Below the pieces are notes generated by a model, which was given only the letters and a program-made list of their open reading frames with translations, was not told where the DNA came from and searched no databases. This document shows positions 1 through 18,140 of a stretch of 64,000 bases of DNA, one piece after another (the first letter of the stretch is position 1; each line of letters starts with the position of its first letter). The translations under genes were made by a program, and so were the position numbers. The stretch is from the human T2T-CHM13v2.0 reference genome, Homo sapiens. The DNA lies in NCBI RefSeq assembly GCF_009914755.1, contig NC_060937.1; one strand, 5' to 3'.

Positions 1-3
1 TTA

Positions 4-2680
<2,677 letters not shown>

Positions 2681-2689
2681 TACTACATT

Positions 2690-2820
2690 TTGTCCAGTCT
2701 CAGTCTCCTCCTCTGTTCAATAGAGATAATTATAATTCTTCATAAGGTTGGTGTAAGATTAAGAGGGAAATATACAGAAAGTGTTTAGCATAATATCTGA
2801 AATTTACCAGCACCATATAA
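2690..2820 (+). mobile_element. MIR fragment (3' half)
   Basis: ctcagtctcctcctctgttcaatagagataat...gtgtaagattaag resembles the MIR core. Confidence 0.65.
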
Positions 2821-5800
2821 AGATTTTGCTATTATACTTTTATATTTACAATATCATCATTGTTTAACTTTGTGCAACAGTGGAGAGCTTGTTCGCCAAT
2901 AATTCACGTACCTAAAACCAGAATTTAATAATCTGAGAAACTATAGAAATTATTTTAAAGAAAACAAAAAGAGACATATTTAAAAATCAAATTACATATT
3001 ATGGTTGATGGCCATCTGTGTAGCTTGTTCATAATATTAGTTTATGGAGAAGAATGAATACTTTTTTAGCTGTGCTTTGAAATCTGAGGTAGATTATCAA
3101 AATCAAGATCAGAGTCAGCTTTCAAGTTGCCACTGCTTGACTGTGTACTCTCAGTTTGAGGCAAGATTCCTTGCATTATTCTTCTGGTATTTGTTGGCTG
3201 CTTATCATTTTGCCTCCTTGTCAAAATTCAGTGTTGGCTGCAGTAAAGCAACCGCGTTTGTTTCTTCTGGCAAAAAGAAGTGGCAGGGGAGTGACTGGGA
3301 ACGTTGTTTATAGAATAGCTTGGCATCAGTGAACATTTTTGATCTTTAGGTTTTTATCCCAATAAAAACCATAAGGGAAGTTGCACATAGTAAGAATGAT
3401 TTATTTACTTTATTGTTAAATTGGAATAGTAACACAATTTTTAAAAGACACAGTGCGACTGACACGCTTTAAAGGCTGTGTGACTAACACGCCTTTAGGT
3501 ACGTTAATATCCAACACTGGATGGTTCGTTTGGCTTTTTCTTCCTAAATAAATATGCCAGGTATGAAAATTAAATGGGCAATTGATTTAAAATGTGAAAG
3601 CACTGGTCCATGTAAATGTATGTCATGTCAACATATTAAAATTATTGATCATTTAAGTTTTTATATAGGGATTGTATAGACTGACTAGTTATATGAATAA
3701 ATGTGTCACTTATTAGTTGGCACCAACTCAGGGTCACAGGAAGAAGTCTAACATTTCCAACAGTACATACCCTGTTCCACTACACCATATATAATCCTTA
3801 AAAGGAAAAATAAACAAAACATTTCTAGACATGTGCAGCACAAGTTTTATTATAAACATCCGAATTTTTTGTATCTGAGGTGATTTGTTTCCATAGATTT
3901 TGTAATGCTTTGAAAGAGAATTTACTTTCTCTTTAAGAAACTTAAACACACAAGTGTATGCGTATGCACACACACACATAGCACAACAGCTTCTTAGTTT
4001 GATAGATTCTTTAGTTTCTTTATTTAGAAACATACAATGTACCCAAGTAATAGCAGAGAGTTCTATGCATAGGTACATATCAATTACATTTTCCTTATAT
4101 TTGGTTGTTGTTAGAGTTGTGATCATGATGGTGCGGGTGCTGGTGGGGATTTCTAAGTGAATTGCTTTCAACCTCACATCTGAGTACATGAAGGTTTAAT
4201 TATAAAGGGTCTCAAATATTTAGCAAGTATCTATAACACTCAAATTATGGCTGACTTAATACAAAATAAACAAGATGATTTTTTCTAAATAACATTTATT
4301 TAAAATATTTACCCTGAGATGTATACAACAGAATCAACCAATCAGCAAAAATGCAGCTCTAGAACATAAAATGTCTCTCATGTTACTTGATATTTAATTT
4401 GGGGCATTTTCCATCTTTTATATATTACAAAATTTTGACACTTTATTTTTAAAACTTTTCCTTTTGGCTACTTTTTAGTGGTATAATCAACAGCATTTCC
4501 CCAAAAAAACTTGCCCCTGAAATTGTTATCTATTTAACTCCAATATTACTTGAAGAGGCTTAAATGAGACCACATTTTACCTGCAGCCAGTGCATTCTTC
4601 TAAGGAAAGACAAGATACTAGGAGCTCAGTATTCTCCCCTACACATTATTCTATTATGATTACACATTAATAATTCCCAAAATATCAAACCAGGAGGTAG
4701 ACCACATGAGTTTGGGGACTAGTTTTGCTAGCATCTGTTCCCACAGCAAAATTCATTTTGCTTCATTTTGCCTCAGTTCCCTGACCTATGAAATGTTCAG
4801 AAGAATGGACAGTTACTCTCTATTAAATTATTATGTATGAAAGAATAAAATAATTTTTAGCTGTGGTCACACAGCATAACTGGTATTATGCTGATGAAAA
4901 CAGTATTTTTGTTTTTAATGTAACTGAGTTTGATGTACTTTTCCATCATTCAATATAGATACTTAAAAGGCAATGAGCCCCATCATAGGCATGGTTCAAA
5001 CATACTGCAATCGCTGTTCAAAATAAGCTTGTGCTTCACAAAGCATGCTCACTAACAGTACATGACTTCACAATTCAGTGAGGTGCAGAGGGTGGATTTC
5101 GTTACAGCTGTGGTACACTTGTCAAAAATTATAGATTAAATGACTTGTCCAGGGTAATAAGACTCAGAGTCTGGACTCAGACCCAGGTCTTCTAACTCTA
5201 AAAGCAAGTTGCATCATGGTACACCTGCATGTGCAGAGGCCATGTTCCACGTACATTCACATATTACTTGTGATTTTTAAAATTTGTAATTGTTTTCTTT
5301 GAAGTCAATCTAAAATATTTTAAGGTTAACTTATTTTAAGATTTTAAATTACATCAGTAACATCAAAGACCACTGACCACAGATCACCATAACAGGTGTC
5401 ATAATAATGAAGTGGCAGGGGATTTAAGATTTTAAATCTTAAAATCATTTAGAAGTAAGTATACATTTTTATTTTGGGTATATGAAAGTCCACCATTATA
5501 TAGTACAGTTTAATACTTAAACTTTCCTTGCATAAACGATGACAAGTCCTAGAGAAACTTGTAAACCTAGTGTGTGTGTCACTCTGTAATAGAGTCTAGC
5601 ACTGATAGAATGAATTAATTTCCCCTATATACTATATTTATATACAGAAAAATCTTCTGCAACACTTATTTAATAAAGGAATTCTTACTATAAAAGAGAT
5701 TTCACTTATATTGGTATCACATAATGAATGCCCCCTTCTACGTTAATAAAGCCCTCAAATAAACTCTCATTAATTAAATTATCCTTGGTTTTACAAGTAT

Positions 5801-6084
5801 GGAGGTTATTGAAAAACCCCTATACTTGTGAAATCAAAGATAATTCTACTAGGTAATCACAAAGTTGTGCTTTTATTAATCACTTCTATAAGTCACTGAT
5901 ATTAACCATGAATATCATCTTCAGTTATTAGAAAAGAATTAGTCCCGTATACATCTCTAGGTAAAGCACAGTTTTGTAAAGAATGATCTATGTAAGTAAA
6001 CCAGCTTAACATAAAAATTACTTCACAATGAAAACGTTAATTTTAATTTTCTAATTTATTAAAAAGAAGACTACCCAGAAAATG

Positions 6085-8505
<2,421 letters not shown>

Positions 8506-9339
8506 TTTTTATTTGTATGCAAGACTTGTTTTATACACTCAAATTTTGAATAGTTTCCAATTTTTCCAAGATTCATAATCTCAGAACTTCTCTAAATAAT
8601 TTATTTTAGATTTTCCTCATCAGTCTTATCTTCTAAAATTTAATTCACCAATTCTTATAAAATGAAGTGTATTTTTTATCATACAAGAAAAATGATAAAG
8701 TTAAAAGACTCCTATTTTAAATACCGGCCTTTCGAAGCTTATTTACATAATGGGAAAATATTGTTATATTTTAAATAATCCTTACCATGCAGGACTGGTT
8801 TTATTGCTCTAACTTGGAGTTCTGTAATTCTGGCTGGTCAGAACCCCAAGGCATCCTAACAATGTCAGAAACGAGTCTCCTGATCCATTTTTGTTGAAAT
8901 AAGATTGGAATTTCCTATGAAAACTGCTGGTCATTTTAAGTAAGGCCACTGCGGAGGAATCAAAATAATTTTGTAATCTTTTTTTTAGTTCTGATTATGG
9001 TTAGACACAATTCATAATAATGAACACGTTTTAAATAAAAACGTAGTTCTTACTTGAAAGTTCTAATATTCTTAAACCTCATTGCTTTATAAAATTTGTC
9101 CAGGTGATCATCTCTTATTCAGCATTCCCACAGCTTCTACTCCTGCCCTTTTCCCTCCATAGTTCCAAACTAATTTTATGCAAATACATGTGTTAGATTT
9201 ATTTTTAGGAATTGTTCAACATGAAAGCAAATAATAAATTCAGTTAACAAAATGGTAGGTATGTGTTTGGGAATATGAAAGATGCAAAGATGGCGCAATA
9301 CTTTTAGTCAAAACTTTTTTCAATGTTATATAAACAGTA

Positions 9340-10400
<1,061 letters not shown>

Positions 10401-10681
10401 CAGGCCAAGATGCTGAAACTGTCCTTGATGATGGTGATATTATCATGTGGCATACATATAAAAAGAATACATTATCAAATTTTACACTTAAACATGTACA
10501 TTTAAATTTGTTTTGATCAACGAATTTCTCTAACTGTGCACTTTAAATAGCTACACTTTAAATAGCCAATTATACATGTTTTTAAACCTATTTCCCATCT
10601 TCTCAAATCGCAAACCACATTTTGAAAAAAATGTTATTTTCTTAAGAATAATAAACAATTTTATATGTTAGGAAGCTTAAA

Positions 10682-11790
10682 TACATTCAACATATATTTA
10701 TTTAACACCTATGATATACCAGATGTGATTCTAGGTTCTGGGGATGCATCAGTGAACAAAATTAATAATGTTTCCCTCTTTTGGAGCTTAACTCTGATAG
10801 GTTAGATTGACAATAAAGAAAGAAAAACATATAATACAATGCCAGGTAGCAGTAACTGCTATGAAAGCAATAGCGCAAGGAGGTAAAGGTGATGAGAATG
10901 AGGCTGCTATATTTTAGGGAGAGAGATCAAAGAAAGACTCCATGAAGAGAGGATATTTTAGCAGAGATAACCAATGAAGTTCCCACTTCATTGGAGCAGA
11001 GAATACAAAATAAGACATAGAGGAGAGCCTGCCAGGCAGAACAATCCCCAAATACAAAATCCTGAGGCAAGAAAGTTTTTTGTATTAGAGGAAGAGCGAG
11101 GGGTCAACGTGGATGAAGCAAGTAATCAGAGGAGAAAATTGTGAGGAAATCAGGGCAGACTAATAGTCATAGCCTGATTACACAGGCTTTGCTGACTCTG
11201 TGATTTTTTTTTCTATATATGATCTGACACCAGTGGAATACTATAAGCAGGAAAGTTACAGGAGTTATAGTTGTATGTATCGAAAAATGTTCTGGCAGAA
11301 GTGTTGAGAACAGACTATACAAAGACAGTAGAAGCCAATCAATGGTGGTGGCCAGGACTCCTGTGGCTGTACAAGGGGTGGGGGTGTGGGAATAGTGGTA
11401 TGGTTTGGGGCATATTTGCAAGGCAGAGCCAATACAATGCACGGCAGATTGAATGTGAAATATGAGAAGGTAAAAAATCACTTCAAGGCTTGGAACCGAG
11501 TCACTATTGAGTTGAGCTGCCATTTTCTGAAATGAGAACATAGGGGAAAAACAGTTTTGGAGATGGAAATCAAGAATTTGGCTTTGCACCTATCAATTTG
11601 AGATAACTATTAAACATCCAGTTGGAGATGTTGAATAAACGGTGGGAAATAAAACCCTAGGGTTCTGGGGAAAGATCAGAGCTATAAATATAATTTGGGA
11701 GTCATTTGCCCATGAAGGGTATTTAAAGCCACAGGACCAGATGAGTTCAAGTCATTAATGAAAGTTGATAGAGAAGGCCAAAGACTAGAT
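10682..11790 (-). mobile_element. L2 (L2a-like) 3' region
   Basis: cattcaacatatattta...ttctaggttctggggatgcatcagtgaacaaa is the reverse complement of the L2 3' end. Confidence 0.8.
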
Positions 11791-12918
11791 TCTGAAATGT
11801 ATCCAAATTGCTCACATTCAAGAGGAATACACTTTCTCAATGTGTCTGTTATACATAATTTTCATTCTGTTTTACTTCATTATGGCATAGCCATAAAAGT
11901 AAAGTGACAATTAGAAGGGCTATTGGATAGGTCATGGAACTCAGCCATGTAACTCTGGGTCTGTTGGTAACCAGATCCATAGACTTGAGCTATATGATTT
12001 CCCCCCTTGGGTTTCAGTTGCATTGTCTATAAATTACAATAATGAATATTGTTGGCTGTTTGAGCATGGGGAATGAAAGAAAAGAGGAAAACTAGCACTA
12101 AGGGGTTTTGAGATTTGTTAGTTGCCTGGTGGGAAAGTTACTCATTTCGGAAAGATTTAGCTACATTGAGCATGGCCTGTGTGATCTGTCATGATCTGAG
12201 ACTCTTTTGCAACTGTTCCTGAATAGCACTGGCTTCTTCATTCTCACCTTGCTTTCACTTAATTGTACTGTTCTATACGTTAGTCAGTGATGGTTTGGTT
12301 TCAAAAACTAGAAACTCTCTGAAAATACCTTGAAAAGAAAACAGTATATATTGGGAGTTCCAGAGTATCTTGCAAAACTCAGGGTACATAGTGCTTCCAG
12401 GCTTTCTGAGGGACAGAACCAAGAATGGAAGGCTTTTAGTCTCATCCTGGTTTCCTCTTCTCTAATTACACATAGTCTGCCCTGACTCTGCCAACATGTG
12501 CCTTGAATCTCTGAAATATGTAAACTCCATGTCCAGTTTCCACAGATAATTGACCCTGTCTCTATATGTCCCAATTTCAAATTCCTGGGTGAGATATCTG
12601 GATTCAATCAATCTACCCTCTATAGTGATGTTCTCTAAATCAGTTGCCCACTCCCGGTCTAGAAACCTATAACCAAAAATGGGTTGGTTCACCTAGTACC
12701 TGCTTGAAGGATTCTAATACTAAGGTTAGAAGCTTAAGGTTGGAAGAACAATGCAATCCCTAAAAAGATCCAATATAGAAAATAAAAATAAATTACTGGT
12801 TCTAAATTATCATACTTATTTTTAATTATTCAGACCCATTCTCCTCCGCCTACCACTTCCCACACATACACAAACTTTCAAATGCTGTTACAATGAAGCA
12901 GAAAATATGAATATGTTG

Positions 12919-12989
12919 TTCTGCAGCAGGAAAAAGTAGTATAAATCTACAATTCTGCAGCAGGAAAAAGTAGTATAAATCTACAATTC
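12919..12989. repeat. 34-bp perfect tandem duplication
   Basis: ttctgcagcaggaaaaagtagtataaatctacaa x2 plus ttc. Confidence 0.95.
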
Positions 12990-13675
12990 CAATTGCCTAG
13001 AATACTAAAGCATCAATATCCTTTCAAATATTTCGGTTTGGGTACATACTTTTTTGATTTTTTAAGTCCTTCACCAAAACTATATGTTACTATGACATTA
13101 AGACTTAGTACAGCTTTTTGATTACATAGCCTTCTAAGTTTTAAGGCTGTGTCTGTAAGATGCCTACTCAACTGAATAAAATATCAGCATCAATCAAACT
13201 ATTTGGTTTACTGTACAGAATTTTGACTATATTTAATCTTTGAAAAATTAATCAGAATTATTATCATAGGTATCCAATTTCATGAACTCTTCTAGTATTC
13301 ATTGATGCTTCTTTGGAAATTTTATTTTCTAAGCCAACATATTTATTTCTTCTTGGGGCTCTCTTGAAGTCATAAAAGTATACCGTTTCACTGAAGGTCT
13401 GAGAAACAGGGCTAAAATTGACTCCAAGAAACAAACAGTTTTAGTATACTTTATATGCCCACTGAGTCTTTCAAACCACATTAGTTAATCATAAGTCACT
13501 CAGAAGAACAAGGTTTTAATGAAAAAATATTCTGGGCTTTTTAATTTGTCTCTTGAATATTCTGAATGAAAAAATAAACCTTGTGGCAGCAGGACATTTT
13601 GATTAGAAACTAGCATTTCTACAAAACTTTCCACCTGGGTAATGGGTAATGGATGGACATCTTGCCTAAATTGCA

Positions 13676-13975
13676 TTTTTTTTTTTTTTTTTTCTTGAGA
13701 TGGAGTCTCGCTCCGTCACCTAGGCTGGAGTGCAGTGGCGCGATCGCGGCTCACTGCAGCCTCTGCCTTCTGGGTTCAAGTGATTGTCCTGCCTCAGCCT
13801 CCTGAGTAGCTGGGATTACAGGCACCCATCACTGCACCTGGCTAATTTTTGTCTTCAGTAAAGATGGGGTTCACCATATTGGCCAGGCTGGTCTCGAACT
13901 CCTGACCTCAGGTGATTCAACTGCTTCGGCCTCCCAAAGTGCTGGCATTACAGGCGTGAGCCACCGCAACTGGCC
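13676..13975 (-). mobile_element. AluSx/Sz-like
   Basis: Poly-T followed by an antisense Alu dimer. Confidence 0.95.
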
Positions 13976-15078
13976 CACATTTTGAAATTTATTCAAAACC
14001 TTTTAGTTACTTATGTCACATGCTTTATAAATAATTCTTTATTAAAAAATAATTCTTTATTAAAACTAAAAGCCTTTAATCTAAGTAAAAAGAGGATAAG
14101 AAACAATGCTTTTCTTATAGATATGTCCTTCTGCAGGGAAGGAGTTATCCCTTATTACCGAGGAAAGCTGTAAAAGATGGAGATGAATAATCTGATTGTT
14201 GGAAGTAGGGTCTAACAGCTGGCATAACGTAAACAAACTGCAGGTATTGAAAGAGTACAGGTTTCCAGTTCATTTCCTTTTTTGCAAAATGTCTGGCTCC
14301 GATATTCTTTAATCAGATGGACTCATGCCTGCCAGAGAAGTTTCTTGGCTGTATTTTTGCAGAAGATCTGTAGGAAATGAATTGAGAAACTTGACAGGAA
14401 CAGCTTGAGGTATTTGATGAATAATAGAGAACTTCCACCGTTCAAGTGTCTGACTAGAACAGAATGAGAAGTATTAGGAACTTGGAAAAAAGGAAAGATT
14501 GATTTAAAAATAATACACTGCTCTAACCCACTGGCAAATACAGTTCTTTCTAAAGCACTGTAGACAGTTCACATAGTGAAAGAGATAGATTAAATTAGAT
14601 TTTCATAGACTTATTTGGACTGTCTTCCCTGTTGTTGGTAACTTGCTGCTTCCTTCAACCCATCAAAAATAAAAATACAAAAGGGGAAAATAAAACCTCG
14701 TATAGAAAGTACCAGTGTTTTAAGGGTATGTTTCTTACATATGTGAGGTGCAATTCATTTTGCATTCTCACCCTATGAAAAGTGATTCAGTTAACTCCTT
14801 CCATACTTAAAGTTTCATATCCTGTTTACTGAGAAATTAAAAATCTTATTTAACAAACCTGTTATAGCATAGCAAAAATTTTTAAATGCATAGGATATTT
14901 CCTTCTCATTTCTATGTAGAAGATACCTAGCACATACTTAAATGATTTGACTTATATTACTTTCATACAATGTTCTATATGTGGACTTCATAAGCACTGA
15001 AAGAATTTTTAAATTCCAGCCTGCTGTCAAAACGAATGAAGAAGTTGGCCCTACAAAACAAAAGGAAAATAAGTTTGG

Positions 15079-15176
15079 GCTAACTTCACCAAACTTTAAT
15101 TCCCTCATTAATAAAATGAAGCTGTTTGCTAACTTCACCAAACTGTAATTCCCTCATTAATAAAATGAAGCGGTTT
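15079..15176. repeat. 49-bp tandem duplication (2 mismatches) of MIR-like sequence
   Basis: gctaacttcaccaaact(t/g)taattccctcattaataaaatgaagc(t/g)gttt x2. Confidence 0.93.
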
Positions 15177-15679
15177 GACTAGATGAACTGTAAAACATCT
15201 TTCGGCTCTAATAGTCTGTGTATCTAAATTACTTTTTTTGAATAAAATTTTCTTTTAAGCATCCATTGATTTTTTTCACTTAAGTCATATGTTTTTCTAG
15301 TTTTCACTAGGAGTCAGAGAGTATTTATTATCATTCAGATGTATCCCCCTGGGGTAGGTATGTGTTGGCAAGGAAAACAAAGATTTAATACAATTCAGAA
15401 CATGTGGTACAGTGTTGTTTACTATTTTATTTGGGGGGTAGAGGAGGAATTTTTTAATTATAATTTTCAAAACTATGCTTAAATTCAGTGGACACTTTTT
15501 AGTTCTAATTTGATGTCAACTCTGAGCAACTTTCAACATGACTGCCTCCTTTCTTGTTAGGAAAAAAAATATTTTTTTCTGAAACCAACCTCATGGCTTT
15601 CCTTCTAGCTATTCACTACTTTTCCTAATCTCCATTACATGTCCATACCCCATTTTTTGCTGTTCTATCCCACACCCTC

Positions 15680-16420
15680 TTCTCTGCTTCCTCTCTGAAC
15701 ATCTCACTAATACCCGATTACTGTCTACTAACGAATGCTCGAATCAATATCCCCACCCAACCCAATTTCAATTTTGAGAGACAAACCAGCGTATCCAACT
15801 GCCTAGTGCCTATCTCTTTTGGTCTCAGAACCACAAAACACAATTTATGCCCTATCAATCCAGACCCCAGCCTGCTCTTTCTCTCTTAACTCTTTGTCAG
15901 TTAATTTTGCCATCAACCTTTTAATCCGTAAATCAGTCATCAAAGACACCAGCTTCTCCTTCAACTTCACATTTAAGCAATGATTACATACGATAAAATT
16001 TATCTTCAGAAATATGTCTCAAACCTTTCAGGTTTTGTTGTTGTTGTTTTCCATGTCCACTGTCTACAACCATCATCTCTGAATTGCATCTTGTTCACAG
16101 CCCTTCTCCTGTGAAACCCCATTCTTCATTCCTCACTCTCAATATCAAAATGCAGATCTGATCATATCACTCTTAAACTCCTTTAGTTGTCTGCCATTAA
16201 TCTTAGGATAAATCTGTATTTTTGACAAAACTCACAACGCCTTCGTTATCTGACCTTCACTAACCCTCCTGCTTCCCTCTCCCTTGTCCCACTTCAAACT
16301 TGATATTATTGCTAGGCTGAATTTCTTTCAGTTCCCTAAATACATCATTCTTTCAATTTTCTGGAGGCTTTTCTGTAGGTTCTTCCTTCTACCTAGAACA
16401 TGTATTTTCCTCTTTTTCAA
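15680..16420 (+). mobile_element. L2 fragment
   Basis: caactgcctag...caaaatgcagatctgatcatatcactc motifs. Confidence 0.6.
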
Positions 16421-16449
16421 TTCTCAGCTGAGCTAGTAAATATCCTAAA

Positions 16450-16640
16450 ATATGTTGAGTAGTTTCTATAAACAAAGTCTTATTCTAAACACTATACATG
16501 TTATTAACTTGTTTGATTCTCATTACTTTCCTATTAATTATCATCATCACTATTTTCCAATGAGGAGTCTGAAAAACAGTGACGAAACTGCCTAAGATCA
16601 GAAAAGCAGAAATTGGGAAAGTCAACATTTGACTCTTGAC
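16450..16640 (-). mobile_element. MIR
   Basis: tattttccaatgaggagtctgaa...ctgcctaagatcaga antisense core. Confidence 0.6.
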
Positions 16641-17959
16641 TCCAGAGCCAATGATCTAGAGACGTATGCTTAAAAGTCATTTTCTGTATTAAGACTTGAG
16701 CTTTCTCTGCCCCACCACTCTTAACCCAGACTAAGTTGTATATTCCTGACACAAATCCTGACATTGTGTCCACTGTTTCCATGACCAAAGCATTTGTATT
16801 TGGAGTCACTGCCTTTGAACTATCTTTCCTGCCAAACTATATAGATCTCACAGGCAGGAATTACATTTGTTAAATGAATGAATGAACAAAAGAAAACTAT
16901 TAATGCTCTGCATTCCATTTAGCATTTGTTAAAGATTTCTAGGACTTCAGGCAAATATTTTATCTGTATTCCTACTACTTCCTTTTCACAATTTGTGTAA
17001 TTAGAATTATGCATGCATTTCCTCTTAAGAACAGCCAATTCATAATCATGTGTATACTTCGCAAGTCAACATATTCATCTCAATGGTCCCGAGGAGTTGG
17101 AAATGGTCTCCAGTCCTCTTTTTTCTGCTACTCCTCAGTAGCACCTGGCTGTGCTTATGCAACACTGGGCAATGTCTATCAGAGGCAGAGAATCCTCTTT
17201 GCAACAAGCAGCTAGTACAGCTGACATTGGAAGCCTGGGTTTTCCTTTATCTTCTGTGTTGCTTTCTCAGCATTTGCCACAGGATGCATTTCCTCATAAA
17301 CCAGTATTTTTAAAAATACACTTGTATTCCTCAGCTGGCCCACAAATGCATATTTGTCAGAAGACTGACACCATTCAAAGGAAATAGCCAAATGTTATTT
17401 CTTTAAATAAAGAGTTCTATATATCAGTTAACTTTTGTGCTCTTTTAGAAACACAGCCACCACCTTAGATACATGTTCCTATGGCAAAATTAATTCCATG
17501 ATCAAAACAAAAGTTTAGAAATGAGCTCACAAAAGATGTTATTGTAAGCCAGAGATTTTGTATTGCCCTTCAAATAATACCCATAAATACAAGAAAAAAA
17601 ATGGGAGGGAATAAACTGAGATTTATGAGTGGGTATTTTCAGGAAGGAATGCGATTACCAGAAAGGCAGTATTTTAGTATGTATTACAGAAATCTCATCG
17701 ACTCTGGGGCTGAAGCAAACAAGCACTGTATGAGTTTGGACATATTATTTAGCCTCTTGTTATTTTTTTCTGTAAAATATTAATTACCTCAAATAATTAT
17801 TACAAAGGTTAAATATGTTAAGTGTACATAATACAGAGGAAAAGTTAGATACTAATTGTATTAACATTAATATTATCTGTCAAATTATAACTATGCAAGT
17901 ATTTTTTTCAAAGTAAAATTTATGGACTAGGTAAAATGACTATCATGGAAATATTTATC

Positions 17960-18140
17960 TAGCCCTGAGTATATGGCAGTAATTAGTCAAAACTATTTCT
18001 AAACATTCTCTCATTTACTCCTCACAATAGCTCTCTCTCTCTGAGTTAAGGACTATTATTGTTCCCATTTTAGGTGAAGAAATTGAAATAAAGAGCAGTA
18101 CCTAAGTTGTTAAAATCCTGACTTAAACCCCAAAAGTCTG
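17960..18140 (-). mobile_element. MIR
   Basis: ctcatttactcctcacaatagc...cccattttaggtgaagaaattga. Confidence 0.65.

Noticed and set aside
3734-4189. 151-aa minus-strand ORF
   Set aside because: Low-complexity AT-rich composition, no recognisable domain or splice context
12919-15176. CRISPR-like array from 34- and 49-bp repeats
   Set aside because: Two-copy tandem duplications without spacers, in eukaryotic DNA, no cas genes
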